From: a virus
Lineage: Duplodnaviria > Caudoviricetes
Length of the DNA stretch: 43,397 nt
Direction: 5' to 3' (one strand)
Virus record (IMG/VR): IMGVR_UViG_3300020045_001266
Coordinates: 1-43,397 of that record
In this document: piece after piece, positions 19,929 through 27,556 of the stretch
Layout: each line of letters starts with the position of its first letter
Numbering within the stretch: the stretch's first letter is position 1
Notes under the pieces: model-generated
Database searches by the model: none
Told to the model about the DNA's origin: nothing
The model's input: only the letters and a program-made list of their open reading frames with translations
Program-made: the position numbers and the translations under genes

Positions 19929-20233
19929 CAGGCGCCGCCCAGCAATGTAGTGCGGCCCAGGGTCAGCGCAGAAGGATTGACGCCACCAGGGCCAGTCAGA
20001 AGCGTACCGGACTGGCCTCCCTTTGCGGCTTCGGCATTTGACGACAGCAGCCCGGCGCTATCAACCTGCTTCTGGTTTGCCTTGTTGGTGGCCTGCTCAG
20101 ATGCCAATGCGTTCGCCTGCGCGCGAGCTTTATTTTCCTTGTTGACCGACTTCTGCTCCTGGTTGGATTCATAAGCGGTATAGGCGCCTGCAGCTGCAGC
20201 TGCAGCACCAACGTATGCGGCGGTAAGTCCCAT
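19928..20233 (-). CDS. Small virion protein upstream of the portal (T7 gp7.3-like position)
   Basis: 101 aa ending TLLTGPGGV...LGRTTLLG, a typical pre-portal protein ending. Confidence 0.65.
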   Translation of the reverse strand: MGLTAAYVGAAAAAAGAYTAYESNQEQKSVNKENKARAQANALASEQATNKANQKQVDSAGLLSSNAEAAKGGQSGTLLTGPGGVNPSALTLGRTTLLGGA

Positions 20234-20242
20234 GGTGGTTCC

Positions 20243-21250
20243 TTATTTCGTGGTTGCGTCAATGATCAGGTGGATGCGCGGCACGGCGCTGCGATTGAAT
20301 ACCTCGTGCTCTTCCTGGTGGCTGAACTGCCACAACTCGCCTGGCTGCATGTGGATGGTTTCCCCGGCATTTTCGAATGTGTTTCCATCTTCGGATGACA
20401 GCGCCAGGTGGAAGCGGTCATAGTGCTCGGCATACGCTCCCTGATCGCTGTGACGCAGGATATGGCCACCCGGTGCAAGTTCCACCAGCATCACGCGCCC
20501 CCAATCCTTGACGCCGATGCGTTGCGCTGCTGCCGCGCACAAGTCGCGCACAGCTGGCAGGCGCTCGATGTTCGTGACCCAGTCGCAGCACTCCAGCATG
20601 CCCTGCGCCACCTCTTGATTGATCTGCTGCGCTTCGCAGTCGGGGCCGCGCAGCACGATGGCGCGCGTATCGCAGTGGTTACTGCCCGGCGCGTTCTGGC
20701 GCACGGTGAATTCATCCCACATTGGCGCATTGGCGGCCAGCTCGGCCATCGCCGGCGCCACATCGAACGAGCCGAACAACTTGAAATGCGAGGCTGGCAG
20801 CTGCTTGCTCAGCAGAATGTCTTGAATCCCGTAGCCCACGCGCGGCAGGATATCTGCCAGTGGCGTGCCGTTCTTGGCGTGCATGATGACCATGCGGGCG
20901 CCGCGCTTGGCCGCCAGTGCTTCGGTGGCCTGGATCATGCGCATTCCCAGTCGACCGCCACGATGCGCCTTGTGAACGAACAGCAGATCGTTCTGCCCGA
21001 TGAGCAGCGCCGAGTAGTGCAGGTTGACATGCAGGAAATTGACAGAGTAGGCCACGATGCGCTCGCCATCATAGGCGATCACGGCGAACAGACGGCCAGC
21101 TTGTTCGAGCGCGCGGTACTGCTCGACGTCCGGCGCCAGGACCATGACTTCCTTGTTGCGTGCGATCTCGTCCCAGTGCGCACGCTGCAGCTCCTGGGTT
21201 TGCTCGATCAGATTGGTGATGGTGTCGGTTTCGACCAGGCGTATTGACAT
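20243..21250 (-). CDS. GNAT acetyltransferase fused to Asp/Asn beta-hydroxylase-like 2OG-Fe(II) oxygenase
   Basis: N-half LFVHKAHRGGRLG (acetyl-CoA motif A). C-half GRVMLVELAPGGHILRHSD...RFHL...H..FNRSAVPRIHLIID (HxD...H triad plus Arg). Confidence 0.8.
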   Translation of the reverse strand: MSIRLVETDTITNLIEQTQELQRAHWDEIARNKEVMVLAPDVEQYRALEQAGRLFAVIAYDGERIVAYSVNFLHVNLHYSALLIGQNDLLFVHKAHRGGRLGMRMIQATEALAAKRGARMVIMHAKNGTPLADILPRVGYGIQDILLSKQLPASHFKLFGSFDVAPAMAELAANAPMWDEFTVRQNAPGSNHCDTRAIVLRGPDCEAQQINQEVAQGMLECCDWVTNIERLPAVRDLCAAAAQRIGVKDWGRVMLVELAPGGHILRHSDQGAYAEHYDRFHLALSSEDGNTFENAGETIHMQPGELWQFSHQEEHEVFNRSAVPRIHLIIDATTK

Positions 21251-21273
21251 GCTGTGCTCCTTTGATGGGTGGC

Positions 21274-21306
21274 AGTATAGGATTTGGGTGTTGTGGTACG
21301 TGAACT
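21274..21306 (-). promoter_or_regulatory. Putative late promoter for the GNAT-hydroxylase/portal operon
   Basis: AGTTCACGTACC-N15-TATACT. Confidence 0.75.
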
Positions 21307-22795
21307 ACAGGTCGAACGGGTCGTAGGCGTCGCGCTTGCGCTTGTCAGCGGCAGCCAGCAGGGGATGCTGGCGCTTGGCCACGGGGTAGGCGAACGACAG
21401 CGCCAGCGCATCACCACGGCCAGGCGATGGCAAGCCGCGCATCTTCATGGCCTTCTTCGATTCCAGTTGAATCAGGCCATCAGGGCGGAATACAGTCTCG
21501 GGGCCGATCAGGTCGCCATACAGCACCTGGTCATTCGGGTCGATGGCGCCGCCAGATTTCAGCCACTCGCGCGCGCCGTGCCACATTTCCGCCCGCTTGT
21601 TGTAGCAGCCTGGGTTGCTGGACTTGCCACCGAACCACACGATGATCCAGTCGCGGCCCATCGTGCGCCCGGCGCTGATGATGCCCGTACCATAGCCGCC
21701 ATCGATGAACACGGCGTCGGCCTGGTGCTCATTCTCCAGCGCGGCCAGGATGCTGGCGATCTCCAGGTCGTTGTCGTTCTTGGCGATCGTGCGCAGGATG
21801 CGGAAGTTCAGGCCCTGGCGCTTTCCGATCTCCAGCATGTCGTTTCCCTCCCAGGCTGGATCGCAAGTGATGATGACCGGGGCGAAGTCGAACTGGTCTT
21901 CTCGCAGGATGCGTGCGGCGGCCGCGTCAACGTCCTCGGTGCTGATGAACTGCTTGGCGCTGGCCGATGGGAACATGCCGCGCACGCGCACCTTCACGAA
22001 GTCGCTGTTCTCGCCATAGTCGGCCACAAACTTGGCAAGCTGCTCCTTGTTGGTAATGCGCACGCTGCGGCTGTCGATCTGCCGGCAGGACCAGCGATGG
22101 CGGTATTTTCGGAAGCATTCGCGGAAGCGGCCCACGTTCTGCGTCGGGTTACCGAACGCGACCCATATGATTTCGGTGTTCTCGTCGGTCAGCGCGCCCT
22201 CGGTCACCTCCCAAATGGTATCTGCAATGGCTGACGCCTCGTCGAAGATGATCAGGATGCGCTTGCCCTGGTTGTGCAGGCCGGCGAACGCCTCCGTGTT
22301 GCCCACGCTCCAGGGGATCATGTCGATGCGCCAGCTCTTCTCATGCTCCGGGTCGGTGCTGAATATGCTGGTGGCCGTGAACTTGAACCAGTGCTTGCAG
22401 ATGCAGAGGCGGTGCCACTTGCTCAGCTCGGCCCAGGTCTTCGTGCGCAGCTGGTTGTCGGTATTCGCTGTCACCACGCCCTTGGTGTCCTCGCGCGTGC
22501 ACATGGCCCACTCGACCAGCCAGGACACCAGCGCGGACTTGCCGATACCGTGGCCGCTTGCGACGGCGATCTGGATGGCCTCGCTCAATCCGGTGATGAT
22601 ACCGGCTTTGAGCTTGTCGCCAATCTCGGTCAGCACCTCGCGCGCCCACACATCAGGCCCATCAGGGAATCGTACCAGCTCACCGACGCCCCAGTCGAAC
22701 GCGTACAGCACAAAGCCCAGCGGGTCATGCGTGAAGCTGGCGATATCCTCGATCAGCTGCTGCTCGGCCTGCTGGGCTTGGTTGTGGGACGTCAT
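21305..22795 (-). CDS. terL: Terminase large subunit
   Basis: 496 aa. Walker A SGHGIGKS, Walker B LIIFDEAS, motif III GNPT, nuclease TCDPA and SPGRGDALAL. Confidence 0.93.
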   Translation of the reverse strand: MTSHNQAQQAEQQLIEDIASFTHDPLGFVLYAFDWGVGELVRFPDGPDVWAREVLTEIGDKLKAGIITGLSEAIQIAVASGHGIGKSALVSWLVEWAMCTREDTKGVVTANTDNQLRTKTWAELSKWHRLCICKHWFKFTATSIFSTDPEHEKSWRIDMIPWSVGNTEAFAGLHNQGKRILIIFDEASAIADTIWEVTEGALTDENTEIIWVAFGNPTQNVGRFRECFRKYRHRWSCRQIDSRSVRITNKEQLAKFVADYGENSDFVKVRVRGMFPSASAKQFISTEDVDAAAARILREDQFDFAPVIITCDPAWEGNDMLEIGKRQGLNFRILRTIAKNDNDLEIASILAALENEHQADAVFIDGGYGTGIISAGRTMGRDWIIVWFGGKSSNPGCYNKRAEMWHGAREWLKSGGAIDPNDQVLYGDLIGPETVFRPDGLIQLESKKAMKMRGLPSPGRGDALALSFAYPVAKRQHPLLAAADKRKRDAYDPFDL

Positions 22796-22801
22796 GGGCG
22801 G

Positions 22802-23206
22802 TTACTTGCCTGTCATCAGGAAGGTTGCGTATTCCTTGGCCATGTCGACCACTTGGCATGCGCTGCCGCCTTGGCTGGTGCGGATCGCCAGGTCGAGCGC
22901 ACTCATCTTGACGTCCATGGGCGCGCCAGTTGGCGCATCGCTCATGCACGAGTATTTCTCGCGGAATTCTTCTTCGGTCAGCACAGAATAGCCAGGCGCA
23001 TCCTGTTGCACGATCAGCCAGCCACGCGGCGGCACATGGTAGTCGATACCGTCCTTCGTGAAGTTGAAGCCGTCCTGGTCCATGTTGAAAATCAGGCGCT
23101 CGTCGCTGGCGCCGCGCAGCATATTCATAACATCGGCCGCCACATCAGCAGTGGAACAGAACTGGGCGGCGTAGATCAGGCTGGTTTTCGGGGCGAAGCA
23201 TTTCAT
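22802..23206 (-). CDS. Hypothetical protein
   Basis: 134 aa with RBS AAGGAG, between terS and terL. Confidence 0.7.
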   Translation of the reverse strand: MKCFAPKTSLIYAAQFCSTADVAADVMNMLRGASDERLIFNMDQDGFNFTKDGIDYHVPPRGWLIVQQDAPGYSVLTEEEFREKYSCMSDAPTGAPMDVKMSALDLAIRTSQGGSACQVVDMAKEYATFLMTGK

Positions 23207-23207
23207 T

Positions 23208-23633
23208 TCAATCTCCTTCTTTGGTGGTGGATGGTGCTGAATTACGCGCCCGGCTACGTGCGGCGGCCATGCGCTGGCTCAGCGTGGTGTTGTCGGTGAT
23301 GATGACGTCCTGCTGCACGCGATCGCCGAATTCCTTGGGCAGGACACGGGTAACTTCCCACTTGATGTTGTCGCACATGAGGCGGGCGCGCTGCGGGTCG
23401 ATGCTCTTGTTCTTGGCGATATCGTCCATCTGCTGCACGCGGGTTCGCGAGTATTCCTCGCGCGCGTGCGCGTACAGACGTTTCAGTTCCTGGTCCGCAT
23501 TAATCCGCTTGTTGACATTCACATAATCAACCTTCGCTTTCTTGCAGGATTGAAACAGTGTCATGCCGCCAGCAACGCGCCCGATAATCTCTTCGATCTC
23601 GGCGGGGGTGATTGCTTTCGATGTGGCGGCCAT
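23208..23633 (-). CDS. terS: Terminase small subunit (Sf6-like)
   Basis: 141 aa. HTH N-terminus EEIIGRVAGGMTL, then YAHARE and ARLMCDNIKW...LPKEFGDR. Confidence 0.7.
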   Translation of the reverse strand: MAATSKAITPAEIEEIIGRVAGGMTLFQSCKKAKVDYVNVNKRINADQELKRLYAHAREEYSRTRVQQMDDIAKNKSIDPQRARLMCDNIKWEVTRVLPKEFGDRVQQDVIITDNTTLSQRMAAARSRARNSAPSTTKEGD

Positions 23634-23636
23634 GGC

Positions 23637-23930
23637 TCAGTGCCCCTTCTTCACCAGCTTCGGCGCGGCGATGATGCGCAGGGCTGCGTCAGTCATGGGC
23701 GGCAGGGCCAGGTATGGATCGAGGCGGCCGGCGGCCTTCATGAACTGCGCCTTCTTCACCTGGACGTCACCGTCGTGGCGCATCTCGGCGCGCATGTACA
23801 ACAGGGAAAGATATTCCGCCTTCTGGATGGGGATGCACTTTTCGACCATGGCCAGGTATTGCTCGGGCGTGGCGTCGTTCAGCTTTTCGGGGATGGCGTT
23901 TGGTGCTGGGGCGGTGGTAGGGGCGTTCAT
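23637..23930 (-). CDS. Hypothetical protein
   Basis: 97 aa, start overlaps the upstream stop. Confidence 0.65.
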   Translation of the reverse strand: MNAPTTAPAPNAIPEKLNDATPEQYLAMVEKCIPIQKAEYLSLLYMRAEMRHDGDVQVKKAQFMKAAGRLDPYLALPPMTDAALRIIAAPKLVKKGH

Positions 23931-24250
23931 GGCTTGCCTTTCTTATCGATGGTGGTGGGGGAGTGTAGCAGGATGGCTTTCCAGCGCGTGACGGTGGTGG
24001 CCCGGCGCTGGTGGGTACAGATCATGGTGATGGTGCTCTTGGGCGTTTCGAACTTGCGGGCGATCTCGGCGCGCGGCATGCCGTCTTCGTCCAGTTGGCG
24101 GATGAGCTCGACCTCGTGGTCGGTCAGGTCTGCTTTGTGGTGCGTCTCGCCAATGCGCAGGCCCGCGTCATCGACGGCGACGAATACCTTGCGGCTGGTA
24201 GCGGGGACAATTTGGTCTGAATCCTCGGCCAGTATTGGAATTGATGGCAT
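23927..24250 (-). CDS. HTH DNA-binding protein (candidate late activator)
   Basis: GETHHKADLTDHEVELIRQL..GMPRAEIARKFETPKSTI forms an HTH. Confidence 0.65.
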   Translation of the reverse strand: MPSIPILAEDSDQIVPATSRKVFVAVDDAGLRIGETHHKADLTDHEVELIRQLDEDGMPRAEIARKFETPKSTITMICTHQRRATTVTRWKAILLHSPTTIDKKGKP

Positions 24251-24297
24251 TTTGGACCTGCGGCGAAATATTATTCCGCAAGTTTACACCAAGACAT

Positions 24298-24331
24298 GAA
24301 AAAAGCCAGCGGGTTGAGTCGCTGGCTTTCT
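24298..24331 (-). terminator. Intrinsic terminator ending the ncRNA cluster
   Basis: Minus strand AAAGCCAGCG-ACTCAACC-CGCTGGC-TTTTTT. Confidence 0.8.
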
Positions 24332-24389
24332 TGGGGCGGTACAAGGAGAAGAGAATTCCAGTGTAGGCGCGCTGCCTGGCACTGTCAAC

Positions 24390-24495
24390 TGGCACCCATG
24401 AAGAAATCGAATCTCCGGGCCACGCCTTATGGGATTTGCAGAATCCAAGGCCCAGCTCTATCTGCGTCACGCTTAAGCCGCTCGCGCAATGGGTA
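24390..24495 (-). ncRNA. tRNA-like RNA with expanded anticodon arm
   Basis: Acceptor TACCCAT/ATGGGTG plus CCA, D-arm CGC-GAGCGGCTTAA-GCG, T-arm GGAGA-TTCGATT-TCTTC, and a ~38-nt insert in place of the anticodon loop. Confidence 0.6.
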
Positions 24496-24504
24496 TTGAT
24501 TTTG

Positions 24505-24577
24505 CCACCGGGGCAGGATTCGAACCTGCGCATGGACGGATTATTGATCCGGTGCCTTACCGCTTGGCTACCCAGTG
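24505..24577 (-). tRNA. Atypical tRNA: Gln-type body with anticodon loop TCAATAA (nominal AAT)
   Basis: Cloverleaf CACTGGG/CCCGGTG, GCC-AAGCGGTAA-GGC, CCGGA-TCAATAA-TCCGT, GCAGG-TTCGAAT-CCTGC; discriminator G; no encoded CCA. Confidence 0.75.
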
Positions 24578-24654
24578 TTGCGTCACCCGCCTTGCGGTCG
24601 GGCTGCTCGTTTCTGCTGCAATTCTGTGCTGTCGCCGTTCTCAGCCTCTGTCGA

Positions 24655-24690
24655 AACATCGGGCCTACCGTCGATCGAAGGCCCGATGTT
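24655..24690. repeat. Perfect 12-bp inverted repeat at the 5' side of the ncRNA cluster
   Basis: AACATCGGGCCT-N12-AGGCCCGATGTT. Confidence 0.8.
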
Positions 24691-24701
24691 GCCACGATTT
24701 A

Positions 24702-25280
24702 TTATGAAACGCAAGCCAGATCAACAGGTACGCGCGCTTCTGCGAGAAGTTCCCATCCCTTCGCTGCTACAGCCAGAAGCTGAGCATGGCTCATTTCCTC
24801 CATGGGGATGCCATAGAAAAATGTCACCTTACCAGGCGATAAATAGCGCTTTACCACCCCATCGATCAGGCTGGATTCAACACCTTTTTGCTGCGCCGCC
24901 AGCGCCATCGTGGCCTTGTGCAGCGCCTCGCCCAGCTCACGCTCGCGCTTGGCGCCAGACTGTAGTGCTGCCAGCCATTTCTGGCCTTCGGACTTGATCT
25001 TCTGGTCATGCACTTCGGCCGGCACGACCTGGCCGGCTTCGCAGGCGTGGGCGATTGCCGCGTTGGCAATAGGCACGAGAACAGGCACATCAGAATGGCC
25101 ATTCCCGCCCCACGTCAGTTCGTGGCAAAGGTCCAGCTCCGTCATCGTCGTCTGCGGCCACTTCGGCGCGGCTGGCTTGAGCCTGTATTCGAATCCTTCC
25201 GCCATAATCTCTTCTTTGAGATTGCGATAATTCCCATCAGTCCAAACTTGCTCGCCATTCTTTCTTAATTGGTATTCCAT
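24702..25280 (-). CDS. Hypothetical protein
   Basis: 192 aa with RBS GGAGG. Confidence 0.7.
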   Translation of the reverse strand: MEYQLRKNGEQVWTDGNYRNLKEEIMAEGFEYRLKPAAPKWPQTTMTELDLCHELTWGGNGHSDVPVLVPIANAAIAHACEAGQVVPAEVHDQKIKSEGQKWLAALQSGAKRERELGEALHKATMALAAQQKGVESSLIDGVVKRYLSPGKVTFFYGIPMEEMSHAQLLAVAAKGWELLAEARVPVDLACVS

Positions 25281-25381
25281 TTCTTCCTCCGTGTCATTTC
25301 AAAAATAGCTGACCAAGGGCATTGGCTCAGCGAGTGGGTGCCTGCGCATCGGGTGCATTCCACGTAGGCGGCGTAAATCAT
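25265..25381 (-). CDS. Small zinc-knuckle-like protein (38 aa)
   Basis: MIYAAYVECTRCAGTHSLSQCPW..., a CxxCxxxHxxxxC pattern, with ATGA coupling to the upstream gene. Confidence 0.5.
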   Translation of the reverse strand: MIYAAYVECTRCAGTHSLSQCPWSAIFEMTRRKKWNTN

Positions 25382-25713
25382 GTCTTGCACTCCGGCTTAA
25401 TGTAGCGCGGATTGCGCAATGACTGCCTGGCTGCTGCAGTTTCGCATTCATCGACAACCTTACCCCAATCGTTATGATTCACAGATACAGGGCCAACTGG
25501 CACAGCAGCAAGGCAGGTCTTGAATAGCTCGGCGCGCATGCATTGGTCGTACCTGGATGGTGGCTCTGGGGCGTCGCAACCAGCGCACAGAATCGCCAGC
25601 AGAATGAAGACGAGGAATACGCCAAGCCGGAACACGAAGCGGAACTTGCGAAATCCGATCCGCTCAACAGATGCGCACAGGAAGAATCCCAGCAGGATCA
25701 ATGCGGCCCTCAT
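25378..25713 (-). CDS. Putative lipoprotein
   Basis: Hydrophobic stretch ending in lipobox-like LCAG-C, followed by a Cys-rich mature domain. Confidence 0.6.
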   Translation of the reverse strand: MRAALILLGFFLCASVERIGFRKFRFVFRLGVFLVFILLAILCAGCDAPEPPSRYDQCMRAELFKTCLAAVPVGPVSVNHNDWGKVVDECETAAARQSLRNPRYIKPECKT

Positions 25714-26021
25714 GGCTGCCCCGGCTTCATCGATGCGCGGGCTGCTGCCTGGGCACGGGCCACAGCTTCCCGGCTTCGGGTGTGCGCATCACTGCCACCA
25801 CAGAACGGCTCCAGGTCGGCGCATGGCTTGCTGTCGGCTTCGTAGACGGCCTTCTTGCGAAACGCCAAGTCTTCCGCTACCTGCTGCTCATCGCTCTTTG
25901 CCGAATCCAGCGTGGCCATGATGTTCCGCCCAGCTTCGGAAGTCTTCTCAAAAATCCACAAGATGCCAGCCAGCACCACAACAAATAAAACAAGTGCAAA
26001 AAATTCAAAGCTGTATTCCAT
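25710..26021 (-). CDS. Hypothetical membrane-anchored protein
   Basis: 103 aa, N-terminal TM helix, RBS GGAG. Confidence 0.65.
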   Translation of the reverse strand: MEYSFEFFALVLFVVVLAGILWIFEKTSEAGRNIMATLDSAKSDEQQVAEDLAFRKKAVYEADSKPCADLEPFCGGSDAHTRSREAVARAQAAARASMKPGQP

Positions 26022-26023
26022 TA

Positions 26024-26249
26024 TTATTCTCCATTTTCGTGACCAATAAGTAAGGTTGTTGATCCGATTTGTGGCGCATCCTCTATGAAGCGCGACTCTA
26101 CGTCGATTGAACCAGCGCGGTAAAATTCTCTCACTGCATCTTCAAATTTTCTTTGATTTTCAATTGCCAGTCTTTTTGCAGCCTCTATTTTTTTCTATTT
26201 CTACCTTCATTTGCATTGCCGCCTGTAAAGCATACAGCCCAACTAACAT
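26024..26249 (-). pseudogene. AT-rich small gene apparently broken by frameshifts
   Basis: RBS AGGAG and ATG at 26249. The frame stops after 29 codons. Removing one A from an A7 run restores a protein-like frame (EKIEAAKRLAIENQRKFEDAVREFY). Confidence 0.4.
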
Positions 26250-26294
26250 GATGTTCTCCTTTAAGCCGCGATGCCGTCGCGGTGGCGGGCTACC

Positions 26295-26804
26295 TTAATC
26301 CAGATATCCAGAACGTTCCAGCAGGGCCTGCAGCTCCTTCACGCGATCTTCGGCTTTCTCGGCGCGCTCCTTCTGCTCCGTCCATTTGCGGTTGAACTCG
26401 TCCTGGCCGCGATCCATGCATTCCTTGAGAAAAGCCGTCTGTTCGGATTTTCCCGCTTCCCGCTGCTGCGCGCCCCAAGCGATTGCATCGGCATGCTTCA
26501 CCCACTCGCCATCTGCATCTTCTTCCATGGCCTTGTCCCAATGAACCATGTAGCCGGTTCCGTGCTGACTCTCGACCAGTTCAAAGCGCTGCAGCGTATC
26601 CACGCTCCCCGCAGCTACTGGCGGGGCGATGGCGGGGCGCCGGTTCCATGCTTCAATCGCATTTTCCAGTGGGCGCGGCTTGCTGACCGTCAGGCCGCAA
26701 CCATAGCAATGCACTGTGTCATGCGCGCCGCCAACGTCCAGCGAACCACAGCAAGGGCATTCTGCCAGCGCGCCATCGCTGGTATATCGCGGCGCGGCCC
26801 TCAT
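26295..26804 (-). CDS. Lar-like (restriction alleviation) zinc-ribbon protein with C-terminal extension
   Basis: LAECPCCGS...VHCYGCG...AIEAWNRR pattern. Confidence 0.65.
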   Translation of the reverse strand: MRAAPRYTSDGALAECPCCGSLDVGGAHDTVHCYGCGLTVSKPRPLENAIEAWNRRPAIAPPVAAGSVDTLQRFELVESQHGTGYMVHWDKAMEEDADGEWVKHADAIAWGAQQREAGKSEQTAFLKECMDRGQDEFNRKWTEQKERAEKAEDRVKELQALLERSGYLD

Positions 26805-27517
26805 GATGCCGCCTTGGCAGCGATAGCGGCGCGGATGGCAGCAGCGCAGCTTCTTGGCCCGCTATCGGAATCAGGTTCGCTATCCCATCGCCACGCCTTA
26901 TGCAGGCCGTCACAAAGCTTTGCGGCCTCTTCCAGTATTTCCGCGCGTTCCGCGTCCTTGGCATCGCCCTGCGCTGCTGGGGCGGCGGAACGCCAGCCGA
27001 CTAAACAGGCGTAGTCCCACAGCATTTCCCGCGTACCTTCGGCCTCAAGCCCGTTCGGGTTGTACTTCGGAAATGTGGGCGGGTACACTCGGTGGCAGCC
27101 ATCCGGCACGGCCACGGGCTGCACCGGGGCGGTATCCACATGCGGCTTCGGCAGGTGCGCAAATGCGAACCCCGCAGTGACTTCATCAAACGACATGTCA
27201 CACGGGTTGCGTGCGTTCATCACCGGCTCTTGCGTCTGCACCGGGGCGGCTGCGAGGGCGGCGCGGGCTTGCCACGCGTCCCAAGCGAGTGACACTCTTG
27301 GTTTTTGGAATTCTGAGTCTAGAATTTTGGGTATCATTTTTGTTGAAATAATCCAATCATCAAATGCCGCCCGCTCATCCGCTACCACTTGGGGCGCGGC
27401 GGCCAGCAAAGGCTCGATGCAGTGGCGCAGGCGCTCACGCAATTGCTGGGTATCGTGGAACTTGATGGCTGTGTCGCGCAAGTCATTTACGACTGCAGCG
27501 ATGATGTGATCTTTCAT
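26801..27517 (-). CDS. Hypothetical mosaic protein
   Basis: 238 aa, with DERAAF, AWQARAAL and LEEAAKLCD modules typical of lambdoid accessory proteins. Confidence 0.7.
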   Translation of the reverse strand: MKDHIIAAVVNDLRDTAIKFHDTQQLRERLRHCIEPLLAAAPQVVADERAAFDDWIISTKMIPKILDSEFQKPRVSLAWDAWQARAALAAAPVQTQEPVMNARNPCDMSFDEVTAGFAFAHLPKPHVDTAPVQPVAVPDGCHRVYPPTFPKYNPNGLEAEGTREMLWDYACLVGWRSAAPAAQGDAKDAERAEILEEAAKLCDGLHKAWRWDSEPDSDSGPRSCAAAIRAAIAAKAAS

Positions 27518-27556
27518 TCTCTTCTCCTATGTGCGGCCCGAAGCGCGGGCCTGCGG

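Noticed and set aside
2532-23299. Long plus-strand ORFs (e.g. 2532-4352, 8318-9736, 10845-12062, 12730-14064, 18273-20174)
   Set aside because: They are antisense shadows of high-GC structural genes, with no recognisable motifs.
24168-24695. 175-aa minus-strand ORF over the ncRNA cluster
   Set aside because: No RBS, not protein-like, and it runs through tRNA-like structures and a terminator.
25378-26021. TM protein plus lipoprotein as a spanin pair
   Set aside because: The pair is far from the lysis genes and outside the late-promoter units; the TM protein lacks a long coiled coil and the lipoprotein is not Pro-rich. Not formally excluded.
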